Shown one piece after another: positions 41,109 through 52,900 of a DNA stretch of 64,000 nt (positions within the stretch are counted from its first letter, which is position 1; each line of letters begins with the position of its first letter). A program made the position numbers and the translations under genes. The notes under the pieces were generated by a model. The model saw only the letters and a list, made by a program, of their open reading frames with translations, did no database searches and was not told the DNA's origin. Location of the stretch: NCBI RefSeq assembly GCF_006345805.1, contig NC_043004.1, positions 59,644,001 through 59,708,000 on the forward strand, given 5' to 3'. The stretch is from Octopus sinensis. Its lineage: Eukaryota.

Positions 41109-42056
41109 TGTATGTGCAATCGGTTGGGTTCCTCTGTTTTCAATTTGTATAGTTGCAATTATATCTCTTATATTATTTATTTATTTATGATTTGGCTGTG
41201 TATGTGGCTATGTATGTGTGTATGTGTGTGGGTGTATGTGTGTGTGTATACATATAACTATGTATGTATGTGCGTTTCTTGGGTAACTAACCGTAAAATT
41301 TCCATTGTGATTCAAATTTAAAACTATGAGCCAATCGAATCTATCTAGGAAAATCAATATCAAGCGGACAGATGAATTCGACTTATGGAGTATATATGTG
41401 GATGTCCGTTTGCTTTACATGGTACAATCATGGTTGTTATTATTATTATTATCAAAATTATTATTATCATCAATATTAATATTAATATTAATTTTATTGA
41501 CTTTTTGTGTGGTTATAAATTTTAATGAACTGGACTGTTAAATATATATGTCTGCTTTAAATTTAAATGTGAGTGTACATGTATTTTCTTGATGTTAGTT
41601 ATAGAACTATGAGTTCAATATGGTAAATAATTGTGTTTGTGAATGTATACTGATATATATTGTTTATATTGTATTAATGTGTATATATATATGTGTAGAA
41701 TTATGAGTGTCTATGCACACATTTTTATATTTTTTTATTTTTATATTTATATGTAAATTTTGTTCATACTAACATTAAATTCTCTGAAGAGGCCGTGAGA
41801 CATTCTTGTTAATGTCCCATTTATACCTGCTTTATATGGCTAATAGGTTAAATGGGACATACCTGTCTTCACGGCCGAAACAGCTGTCAGCTACGATGTA
41901 ATTGTATTTTCTATTTCTATTTCTATGTCTAGTTATATTTGTAATATATTATGTATAATGTCATTGCTGTTGTGTAATGGTTTAATAAAGTATTGATTGG
42001 GTATTACCCGATGGTTGATGATTGATTTAGGTATGGTTCTCCATTTTCTCATTTTG

Positions 42057-42061
<5 letters not shown>
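41109..42061 (+). repeat. right arm of inverted repeat (3' pLTR)
   Basis: Matches the reverse complement of 35659-36645; ends in (TA)n. Confidence 0.95.
41771..41901 (+). ncRNA. type I hammerhead ribozyme motif with ~86 nt stem II (3' pLTR copy)
   Basis: CTGAAGA 41784-41790; stem II GGCCGTGA/TCACGGCC, GAC/GTC, TGTCCCATTTA/TAAATGGGACA; GAAA 41877-41880; palindromic stem III ACAGCTGT; GUC site at 41888; interrupted stem I. Confidence 0.82.
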
Positions 42062-42095
<34 letters not shown>

Positions 42096-42204
42096 CCTAC
42101 ATCCCAAAAATACGGAGAATAAATAAACAAGAAAAGGACAACAACGTGTGGACCTAGTACATGCAAAGTATATATATATATATAATATATATATATATAT
42201 TATA

Positions 42205-42247
<43 letters not shown>

Positions 42248-42248
42248 T

Positions 42249-42310
<62 letters not shown>

Positions 42311-42312
<2 letters not shown>

Positions 42313-43463
42313 ATGGATGCAATGAGTAAATTGTCGACGATTTATATTACTTATTTCACAAAGGAGCCTCCTTTGTTTTGGATTTTCTCGACTACTTAGT
42401 ATACATGGGTTAGTTGGGCATCGTCTGTGAGAAAAACAGTACCATGAAGTAATTCACTCGACCAGAACTTTGAAAACGACATGTTGTACTTCTTAGAATT
42501 CGCGCCGGAAGCTCTAATACGAACATTTCGGAGTATTTGGATGTCAATCTCAGGGCAGTACAATCTGGGGCCATGTAACGAGAGTGATAAAAGTTAAACA
42601 TCCAATCAACATAATGATGTTGGGAGTGCTCAATAGCAAAAAACAGACCACTCTGGAAAACCACCATCCATGAGGGAACGGCGCCTTTCGAGTCGAAAAG
42701 ATCTGCAGAGCTGGAGGAGAAAAGACGACGACGGAAGGAGCGCCAACAACAACCACGTGCGACTTTCCATTCCGGCACTAGATGTCCGCACTGCGACCGA
42801 TGTTTTCAAGCAAGAATTGGTCTTATCGATCATCTACGGACTCACAAGTAAATTAGCGCGAAGACCATCATCCTCGACCTTGAGGGATTGCCCTCAAGTC
42901 AAAGTTGGGAGTGCTCAATAGTGATGGTGACGTTATGCTTCTATTAATCTTCGCACATGGCCTCGGATTCAATACGGAGGCCTTCATCAAGTGCCTGGGA
43001 GAGGTAGTGCTATCCTGGGTCAAGAGGGTGGCTGTAGGAAGACCCTATGTCTGACGACAAGACTTTGCACCATGTGACACAGGCAGGAAAACCCAATCAT
43101 GGATGTCAGACAATTTCTGCAACCCTATCACCCCCAACATCTGGCCACCCAACTCCCTAGACTGCAACCCCATTGGTTATTATGTTTAGTGCGCTGTTGA
43201 GGGAGAGACAAACGAAATACTTATAATACTAAAACCGGATTGAAGGCAGCATTCACCAAGGAGACCGACCAGAAGAGTCGCAGGAGATTTCGAAGTTGTC
43301 TGGAGGTGTGGTTGAAGCCAATGGCGATTTTATTGAATACATTTCCTCTTTAGTATTTCAAGATAATTTAAAATAAATTTTGTAAATATACATGTTTAAA
43401 TGAGTTGTCACTGTTATTTTAATTTTTGTGTGAGATAGACGATAATATATTCAGCGCAACCTG
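42311..43463 (+). mobile_element. degenerate Tc1/mariner element interrupted by an RTE fragment
   Basis: HPINIMMLGVLNS|DGDVM...GRPYV*RQDFAPC..KTQSWMSDNF..PNIWPPNSLDCNPIGYYV; TA-flanked degenerate TIRs. Confidence 0.8.
42637..42903 (+). mobile_element. 5'-truncated RTE-clade LINE with 18-bp TSD
   Basis: CPHCDRCFQARIGLIDHLRTHK* zinc finger; TSD GTTGGGAGTGCTCAATAG at 42619-42636 and 42904-42921. Confidence 0.85.
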
Positions 43464-43725
43464 TATATATGTATATACCCCACGATAAAAATGAGTGGAT
43501 AAAAAATTGGTGGATAAAATTTCTGTATTTGACAACTAAAACTACCATTGGTTTCAAGCAGGGAAATTTAAGAAAAGTAAGAAAATATCCTAGTGAACAA
43601 CATTTCAAGTTCGAAATTGTTAGGGCACTCGGGTATTTTCCTACTTTTCTTAACATAAAACCAATGGCAGCCTTAATTCACAAACAAAGAATACATAAAC
43701 ATTCATACTTATAAAGATATATATA

Positions 43726-43769
<44 letters not shown>

Positions 43770-43942
43770 TATATATATACACACACAAACTGCGATATTC
43801 TGCGAGCTGAAGAACGAACTCTTACCAACTACCGACCATCATAAGAACCTGGTATCGAGCTACTGTCATCTCTGGCAGACAAGACGTCAGTTTTCAGAAC
43901 TGGCTTTTTAGCTTACTCACACACACACGCAAACATATATAG

Positions 43943-43973
<31 letters not shown>

Positions 43974-44061
43974 TGTATGTATGTATGTATATATGTATGT
44001 ATGTATATATATATACATATATATTCATAAATATATGTAGATACGTATTTACATATATTTA

Positions 44062-44105
<44 letters not shown>

Positions 44106-44110
44106 ATATA

Positions 44111-44481
44111 CATACATGCATGCTTTAGTATATTGATTTTACATTTTAAATTAAGTTTAGTATATTAATTCTAACTATATTCATTAATAAATTAATTCCT
44201 GTATATAAATTTCTTCATTTTTTTCATTTTTAAATGCTTTTCCCTTTATATTTTTTCCATATATATTTTTCCATATATTTTTTCATATCTTTACTTATCT
44301 TTATTCGTATTTTACGCATAAAATTCACTTGAATTTTTGTCATTCGCATTAGTTTCCATTCGTCTCTTAATCATCCTCTTAACTTGGATTTATATATATA
44401 TTATAATGTTATATTTTCTTTTCATTAGTATATATATTTTTTCCGTATTCGTATGTATTTTCTCATTGGTACATATTTTTC

Positions 44482-44544
<63 letters not shown>

Positions 44545-44915
44545 ATTTTTAAGGCGTAATTCATAGTTAATTCTTAATTAATTATGGCTTAAACTGCAGG
44601 GTTCAATGAATTTATTTATCTATTTATCTGTTTAGTTTGATATGTGTTTAAGTTGGAATATATAAAGATAGATAAAGTTATAAACGGGGGATAGGTGGAC
44701 CTGAAAGTTGGGAGGTTCTGTTAGAGACTACGTGTCTCGGGAACATAGTATTCTACCTATTGAACACGTGTATTCGAAAACTTTGCAAACGAATAGTAAG
44801 TAACAAATATAATATTATATGACAAGGTTGAATCTGTATTCTGATTGTTGAAACTTATGGGGATTTCTGTCTGTAATTCATATTTTGATATATATATATA
44901 TATTATATATATATA

Positions 44916-44960
<45 letters not shown>

Positions 44961-45637
44961 ATATGAGGATAATATCGATATTTAAGTGTCGAAATTATCA
45001 AGTGGCCAGCATGAAAGAAATACCTTACAAAGGTAAAAAAAAATTTTTAACAATTAAAAATGAGGGTGTCTAAAAGACACCAACATGCCGAAATAGCAGT
45101 CGAAACTCTGACTATAAAACCACGTTAAATGTTCATATCGCACCATGAGGTAAAGCGGAGGGACAAAACATACAAGCAAAAATTATTGAATAATTCAAGA
45201 TCCAAGGATTTCTGGTTCTGCTTTAAATAGCTTTACCTCATGGTGCGATATGAACATTTAACGTGGTTTTATAGTCAGAGTTTCGACTGCTATTTCGGCA
45301 TGTTGGTGTCTTTTAGACACCCTCATTTTTAATTATATATATATAATATATATATATATCAACGTGATCACCGTGATCGACCAGGCTATCAGATGTTGCT
45401 ACACATCGCTGGTCACAATGCGCTTCGCATTGTTTTAGCCTTAAAATGACGCCACCCCGCTGGCTAAGCGAGGAGGCCAACAGAAGAAAGAGTACAACAG
45501 GGATCACCACCACCCACTGCCGGAGCCTCGTGGAGCTTTAGGTGTTTTCGCTCAATGAACACTCAAAACGTCTGGTCTGGGAATCGAACCTGCGATCCTA
45601 CGACCGCGAGTCCGCTGCCACTGGGACATTGCGCTTC

Positions 45638-45691
<54 letters not shown>

Positions 45692-45892
45692 ATAAATACG
45701 AATGAAGATAAGTAAAGATATGAAAAAATATATGGAAAAATATATATGGAAAAAATATAAAGGGAAAAGCATTTAAAAATGAAAAAAATGAAGAAATTAT
45801 ATATACAGGAATTAATTTATAAATGAATATAATTAGAATTAATATACTAAACTTAATTTAAAATGTAAAATTAATATACTAAAGTATGTATG

Positions 45893-45895
<3 letters not shown>
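44111..45895. repeat. nested inverted repeats (fold-back structure)
   Basis: Outer arms 44111-44312 / 45694-45895 (~200 bp, few mismatches); inner arms 45052-45156 / 45230-45334 (105 bp, no mismatch found by eye). Confidence 0.9.
45358..45640 (-). mobile_element. tRNA-derived SINE, second family (tail type B)
   Basis: Head and body match 4227-4523 (GGAGCTTTAGGTGTTTTCGCT; GGTCTGGGAATCGAA); different tail ending in GTGATCAC repeats. Confidence 0.85.
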
Positions 45896-45940
<45 letters not shown>

Positions 45941-46544
45941 TATTTATATTTATATTTATAAATATGTATATGCATCTATATCTCTCTATCTATCTATCTA
46001 TATCTATATATCTTTATATATATAAAACTGAGAATGTGTGTCTGTCTGTGTGTTTCCCTAAAACTTGAGAACTACACAACCAATTTCATTCAAGTTTTAC
46101 ACATGCCTTACTTAGGGTCCGGGGAGTGTCATCGGCAAAAAAAAACGTTCAACGTTTTGCCTAGTGTGAGCCCATAGCAATATCATATCTTCTCCACTAT
46201 TTCAGTATTACGTGTTAAAAGTGAAACAAAAATATTTCTCTATTTTATGTCAGATGCTTTTACTTTAACAATAAAAATAATAATAACAATTGAATTATAT
46301 GTAGTAAGTAATAACTAAAATCAAACTAAAGTATAATATAATCGTAACATAACAAAAGTAAAAATTGCATGAATGATTTGAACTTGAATAAGTGGTTTCA
46401 TATGAATGGGAATAAATTAAAAATAAAATTAACGTGCAGAAATGGATTATGCCAGATGGATAATAAAAAATTAAATTAAAGAAAATACTATTGTCTATAA
46501 AGCATACAATGTAGAGAAAAAAGAAGAGCTGCCAATTCCAGTCT

Positions 46545-48425
46545 TCATTGAGTGTGTTGGTTAGTTATTTTGTATGTGAAAAATTTGGAAAAAAACTGTT
46601 AAAAAATTGTCAAAAATTGAATCGCGCGAGGCGTTTGCCACTGCGTGTTTGAACCTTTTATAGAAGGTGTGTCGACCCTCAAGTCATGGAGACTTACGCG
46701 GGGGTCGCCACAACAAAAAGTGACGAGTCTCTTAGAATAAGAGAAGTGTTCTTTAGAAAAGAACAATTGAAGGAATACGAGAAGTTTGTCAAAAGGGAGT
46801 GTGACAGCGTGAATCTGGTCCCGCCTGTTGAAACAATAGAAGAGAGAAATAACAAGACGATAACGTATAGAACGCAAGATAGGAACACGAGAAAACTGGT
46901 GAGAGTGACGATTGAAGAAATAGAGAAATGTCTGGGGGACATTATGAAAAAAGCGACTTTTGTAGACAGAGGAAAGAAATATGGTACGGTGGAGGTGAGA
47001 TGCGCAACAAAGGAAGTGGCGGCCTCATTGGCTTCCACTGTTCTGAAAGCCGAAAATTTCACTATGTGGCCGACGCATAAAGGAAGACGAGGGGTACGGG
47101 TAAGAGTCCCAAAGGTGCCCCCAGAAATAAAAACAGAAATGCTGGTAACAGCCATTCTAGGTTCAGCAAAGGAGAAAGTAGAAATAGGGTCAATCAAGGA
47201 GACCGACGTTGTATATTGGAAGGGATTCGGAGTAGAGTTGTGGCTGATGGACACAATGGAAGACATCAAAAGGTTTCCCTTCCAAATAGAAATAGAAAAC
47301 GAGAAAACAATTAGTGTAATTGTGGAGGGAAGAAAACCGAATTGCTACTTGTGCGGGTCAAGAGGGCACATAAAAAAGGAATGTCCGCTGTATGAATTCA
47401 CAGCAGAGCAAAAAGAGACACAAAGTGGAGAGAAGGAAAAAGAACACGAAGGAAAGAACAGCGAAAACAAGGAAAAGGAAATAACGGAGAAACAACAAGA
47501 GAAGGGAAGTAACAGCGCACTGAAGGAAAATGAAAACAAAGGGAAGAAGATAGTAGAAAAGGAGCAAAATTCACAGGGTGCAGAAGTAGTGGAGAAGGAG
47601 CCAAGGCAGAAGCAAGAGAAAGAAAAGGAAAGTACATTAAAGGAAAGAGAAAAAAACAGGAAAAGAACAAGAGAAGGAACAGAACCAAGAGAAAGGAAAA
47701 GATGGTATGCAAAAAGGAAAAGAAACAACAGGAAAGGAACATAAGGCACAGGTAGAGAGACGACAGACAAAGAGCAAGAGAAGGAAAAAGAAAGAAGAGA
47801 AAGCAAAAAGAGAGAAAGAGAGAAACCGAGAGAGGAGAAAAAAGAGGAAGTAAGTCCTAAGAGAAAAACTAGAGAAAATGCAGGTACGAATAGAAAATTC
47901 AAATACTATGGAACGTTGATCCATCACAGGCACTGTGAGGAGATGGAAGATTTAATAAACGTAACAAATGGATATACGTGGGTCAGGATGGGCACCGAAT
48001 GGAAAGAAACAGGTGCACTCGTCCACGAGAACAACGCCGAGGCGTTCATCGAGGCAGCTGGCAAGAACGTGTCAAAACATATGAAATGCCGACTTACAAG
48101 GTGGCCACGAACGATGGAAATTTACCAAGATTTGGTAGAGATAATGGAGTATATATAAAAGAAAAGGTATTGTGAAAACTTTAATTTGGAAATGATAAAA
48201 AGAACCTTAAATTCTGAAAAAAATTTTTGAAATGTATGTTGAAAATGTGTAAACTGTTTTTATTTGGAAAATATTGTTGACGAATAAAAAATGACGAAAT
48301 GTAACCGCTCGATTTCGGGGATCGAGTGGGCATTACACCACATTGTACAAACTTCATAATTCATTATTTTATTTTTCCCGGTTGTATTGTTCCCTCTATG
48401 TTGCCCCTTGTGGGTAGGAATAAAA
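46545..48425 (+). mobile_element. ORF1-only Tx1-type non-autonomous LINE (HAL1-like)
   Basis: ORF1 homolog, no APE/RT sequence, same 3' tail as the adjacent full Tx1, flanked by CAATTCCAGTCT at 46533-46544 and 48426-48437. Confidence 0.8.
46686..47744 (+). CDS. Tx1/L1-type ORF1 protein with CCHC zinc knuckle and Lys/Glu-rich tail
   Basis: 352 aa open frame with CYLCGSRGHIKKEC; RGKKYGTVEVR is shared with ORF1 at 48.7-49.5 kb. The charged region probably continues after a frameshift to ~48158. Confidence 0.8.
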   Translation: METYAGVATTKSDESLRIREVFFRKEQLKEYEKFVKRECDSVNLVPPVETIEERNNKTITYRTQDRNTRKLVRVTIEEIEKCLGDIMKKATFVDRGKKYGTVEVRCATKEVAASLASTVLKAENFTMWPTHKGRRGVRVRVPKVPPEIKTEMLVTAILGSAKEKVEIGSIKETDVVYWKGFGVELWLMDTMEDIKRFPFQIEIENEKTISVIVEGRKPNCYLCGSRGHIKKECPLYEFTAEQKETQSGEKEKEHEGKNSENKEKEITEKQQEKGSNSALKENENKGKKIVEKEQNSQGAEVVEKEPRQKQEKEKESTLKEREKNRKRTREGTEPRERKRWYAKRKRNNRKGT

Positions 48426-48678
48426 CAATTCCAGTCTGTTATATTGTAAGTTGTTCTATTTCCACTGTTATATTCCACTGTTATATTGAAGTACTGTTGA
48501 TTTTGTCTATATTGTCTGTTTTGTGCAAAATTATTATCAGCCTTCGCGCGAGGGCTTCGTGTCAGAGTTCCCCCCTCCGTGGGGGAAAAATTACTGTTAA
48601 TTTGCACATACATTTGAGGCTTGCGAAGCCGAACAAATTTTTGTTGTATTGAAAGGCTTGTTAAACCAGTCTTCGGAG

Positions 48679-49531
48679 ATGTACACCGATATCTCCAGTT
48701 CACCAGTGACAATTGACGAGAGTTCACCGGCGGTGTCGCCGAGAAAAGAAGAGACCCCAGCACCAGCTAGAAAATTTTCCGAAGTGGCCGGAAAGAAAGT
48801 TAAAAATATCGACACAGAAAACCTGCAAAAATACGCAGACAGTTTTTAAAAAGAGGGCACAGAAGTAACGGTGTTTACGAATGCCCAAAAACAAGACGAA
48901 ATAGAAAAAAAGAATCATATACAAAACATTTAATATTACAAGCAAGTCTATTCAAAGAATAGAAGAAAAAAAGATCGAAAATTGCTTGAAACCGATTTGG
49001 AATAAGATCACTTACATTAATCGCGGGAAAAAGTACGGTACAGTGGAGGTGAGATTTGAAACATAGGAAATAGCCAAACAGCTATCTACGGAACCTATGA
49101 AAGCAGAGAATATTGTTCTACTCCCCCTGTATAGAGGCAAAAGAACCTCAAGATAACAATAAATAATATTCTGCCAGAAGCGGACGCCACATGGTCTGGT
49201 GGCAGAAGTTATGGTAGGCCTGGAGGATAAAATAAACATCCTCCGGGCCACAGTAGAAGAGGAGAAACATTGGAAAGGGCAGCGTATCTCGATGGCCATA
49301 CATGCAGAGATACAAACCCTCGAAGATATACCGGAGACACTGAAAATCAGTGAGGACGAAAGAGTCGTGGTCTTTGCGGAGGGTAGAATGCCGAGGTGCT
49401 TCGGCTGCGGTAAGAAAGGGCATGTGAGGGCAGAATGCCAACCCAAACCGCAGGAAGCAGCTCAGACAGATAAAAAAACGGAAGAAGTGTCACCAGAATC
49501 AACGCCAGACAGCCCAGAAGGGACAACTTAA
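48679..49531 (+). pseudogene. Tx1 ORF1 (frameshifted), zinc knuckle
   Basis: INRGKKYGTVEVRF; VFAEGRMPRCFGCGKKGHVRAEC. Confidence 0.8.
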
Positions 49532-49977
49532 AGTGAGGAGGTGACGGAATCAGCGGCGGAAGTAACAAAAGAAACAAAAAGTGAGGAAACGAAAAATGAG
49601 GAGGGGTGGTCAAAAATCACTAGAAAAAAAAGGAAAAACTGAAACCACCCCTCAGAAAGTAAGCCTAAAGAAAAAAAGAGAAACATTGAACTCATTTATG
49701 GCCATTAAGGCCTCAAATAAGAAAACTCATTAATGTGTTGGCAGCTATGGCCAAAGTAGAAAAAATAAATAAAAAACGATTTCATATTGTACAGAATAGG
49801 CCGGAAGGATTACGGACGGATAAAGTCCGAATTTTTTCATGACGAGGGCCTTCTCAGAATGGATATATCATCACCATATATATTCGAGGGCCTGCGTCAG
49901 ACTCCCCCACGAGTCCCAGAAAAAGATACAAACGAAGAAGAGAAAGAAAAAGTCGAACCACTGATATAAGGTAAGTC

Positions 49978-52900
49978 ATGGATTACATTTATGTTGGTTG
50001 TTTAAATGTGCGCGGCCTGGGATCAAGCTGGAAGCAAGGTCACTTCCTTAATGATATCAGGTCGCGTAATTTGGATGTTATTGTTGCTACAGAAACCCGG
50101 TTAGAGGGGCCAAGAGGTCTACTCCCGCTGTTTGACGGCTACGAGAGTTTTTTCTCTCCGGCCAGTCCTACAGGCGGGGTGGGTGTTGGTCCTATTAAAG
50201 AGAAACCGGGTTTTTGAGAAAAAGTTAATTTTTTCAGACCCAGAAGGTAGGCTAGTCGTCATGGATTTGACGTTCAGTAACGGTAAAGTTATCAGCCTGT
50301 TTACAATTTACGCACCCAACCAAAAAGGGCAAAGTGATTATTTTTGAGAACTGGAAAACTTTCTTGGTACTTCGCATTCATTAGTTGTGCTAGGAGACTT
50401 TAACACAATTTGCAAAGCGGAGGTAGATTGTGTTGGCTTGCGTCCAGATAGAAAAGGTAACATTGGCTTCCTGGAACTGCTAAGCCGCTTTGATCTAGCA
50501 GATCCTTATAGGTTGGAATTTCCGAACGCTCCATTGTGGACATGGTCAAACAGCGACGGATCTTCCAGGTCATATATAGATAGGATACTAATTAGAAAAG
50601 TAGACAGAAAAATAGCTAAGTGTCCACAGTTTTACCTGGTCAGCTACAGTGATCATAAAATGGTCACCTGTAAGCTTGACATAGATAAGGTTAAAAATAG
50701 AAGCTCCGGTTACTGGAAACTTAATACCTCCCTTTTGGCGATTAAGGAGTACAGAGACCGGATTAGGACTATAATTCAGAGGGCGCTATCTGGTGCCATC
50801 ATTAATAACAAATGGTGGTATGCCCTCAAGCGAGCCATCAAATTCGAGTCTATTAGATATAGCATAGGATTAGTGGCTAGAGGGGCTAGGAGGGAATCTA
50901 CTCTAGTTAAGGAATTAGAGGAAGCCTTGAAAACTGGCTCTGCGGTTCAGGTGACGGCCAAGAGACTCGCGTTAAACCAGCACCTCGAGGCCAAACACAT
51001 GGGCTGCATTGTCAGGGCTAGGATCCGCGCAATGGGTTGTGAAGGAAATAACGCCGTGAGATGGGCACGAGGGTGGAAGCTCAGCGTGGTAACGACGCCA
51101 CGATCTATGACGAACCAATATTGTGAGTTGATAAACGAGCCCGAGGAGATGTGTGAGGCCTTTCAGGAGCACTTCTCTCAGCTTTTCGGTGAGTGCGGAG
51201 GACTGGATAGGAGGAGGGCCTTTACGGACCTCCTTGACGGGCTACCACGCTTATCGGGGCGAGATGCGGAGGGCTGTGAAGGGCCAATCACGCCTGGGGA
51301 GGTGGTTGAGGCGATGGCGGACTGCGGCGCGGGCAAGGCGCCGGGTTTAGATGGTCTACCCTATGAGTTATATAATAGTATGCCAGACTTTTTCGGGCAC
51401 CTACTGGCGGAGGTCTATACGAACTGGCAGCAGAACGGGTTCATACCCAGATCTGTGCGCCGGGGAGTAGTGACACTCGTCAGAAAGGACCCGAGCCAGG
51501 GGGCGTGCATTGGTAATTTCAGGCCCATCACTCTGCTAAACACAGAGTTGAAGATTTTGGCCAAAGTGTTATCGAAAAGATTGGCGCGTATCGCGGACGG
51601 TCTAATCGGGGAGGCACAGACATGTGCTGTTCCCGGCAGAACCATTCAGGATAATCTCCATCTTATGCGGTACACTATAGAGGGGTTTAAAAGTGATTCT
51701 GGCAAGGGTGGGGCACTGGTCCATTTAGACCAATCTAAAGCATTCGATAGTGTCGACCATCGCTACCTGGTATCTGCCCTGGCACAGTTCGGGCTGGGCC
51801 TTGGCTTCCTCAGGTGGATTATCCAAATTTACGACAACATCGACTCGGTAGTTCGGGTGAACGTCTTCTTGTCGAAGTCGTTCAACATCAAGCGCTCGGT
51901 TCGTCAAGGGTGTCCGCTCTCCCCGCTTTTGTACGTGATGGCTCTTGAGCCATTACTGCGAAAACTGAGCGGCATCCCGAGACAGCCAGCGTACGCGGAT
52001 GACAGCGTACGCGGATGACATCACCATCATCGTAACCGAAATGGATCACCTACGTAAAGTAGGCAAGGCCATAGAGGTTTACGAGACGGTGACAGGAGCA
52101 AAAGTTAATCGTGAAAAGTCAGTCGGCTTGCAACTCGGCACTTGGAGAGGCAAGACGATGCCTTCTGACAGCGTCGTGGGACGTTGGACGGAGGGTCCGA
52201 TAAAGTTGCTAGGGGTTTGGTTCGGTCCAGGCCTCCAAATAGAGAAGAATTGGGGCGAGGTATCGAGCAGGGTGGCTGCAGTAACCAAGACCTGGTCTTG
52301 GCGGTGGCTATCCCTGAAAGGGAGGGCGGAGGTAGCCAATGTGTTTATCGCATCGGTTATCACCTACCGCCTTTCCGTCGTTCCTTGCCCTGATTCGTGG
52401 TTGAACAAGTTGGAAAGACAGCTCTTCTACTTCTTGTGGAAGGGCGGGAAACCACTTGTGAAACGCTCTACTTGCTGTCAACAACCGTTAAAGGGTGGGC
52501 TAGGGATGCCTTGGCTGATGATGCGCAGACATGCGCTGAGGTTAAGACATGTGTGGCTCTACCTGGATGGTGAACGGGTGTGGTCTCCGCTAGCAAAACT
52601 GATGTTTCCCAAATTCACTAGTTTCGGTGGATGGGAAACCTGGCTGAATCGTAGATCGAAACTGGGCACATGGTACACGGAGCGTCGCAAGGCTCTCCTG
52701 CTATTCCGTCGCTCGGGCAACGCCTGCGGTGGGGGTTCCACCACATTCTTCTATAGAGGGTTGGTTAGAGGCGGAATGTGAAAGATACTTGGGGGAAACC
52801 CTAGGTCTCGACGATATCAGCTGGCCAGTCTGTTCCGACGTACGTTCGAGCCGAAGACACTGGACAACTTCCAGAAGTCTCCTGCAGGAGCTCTACCTGT

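Larger units (their letters stand above)
35482..42061 (+). mobile_element. Penelope-like retroelement 1 with inverted pseudo-LTRs, between (TA)n tracts
   Basis: RT + GIY-YIG pseudo-ORF, ~2.7 kb 3' region, ~1 kb terminal inverted repeat with HHR motifs, (TA)n at both outer ends. Confidence 0.9.
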
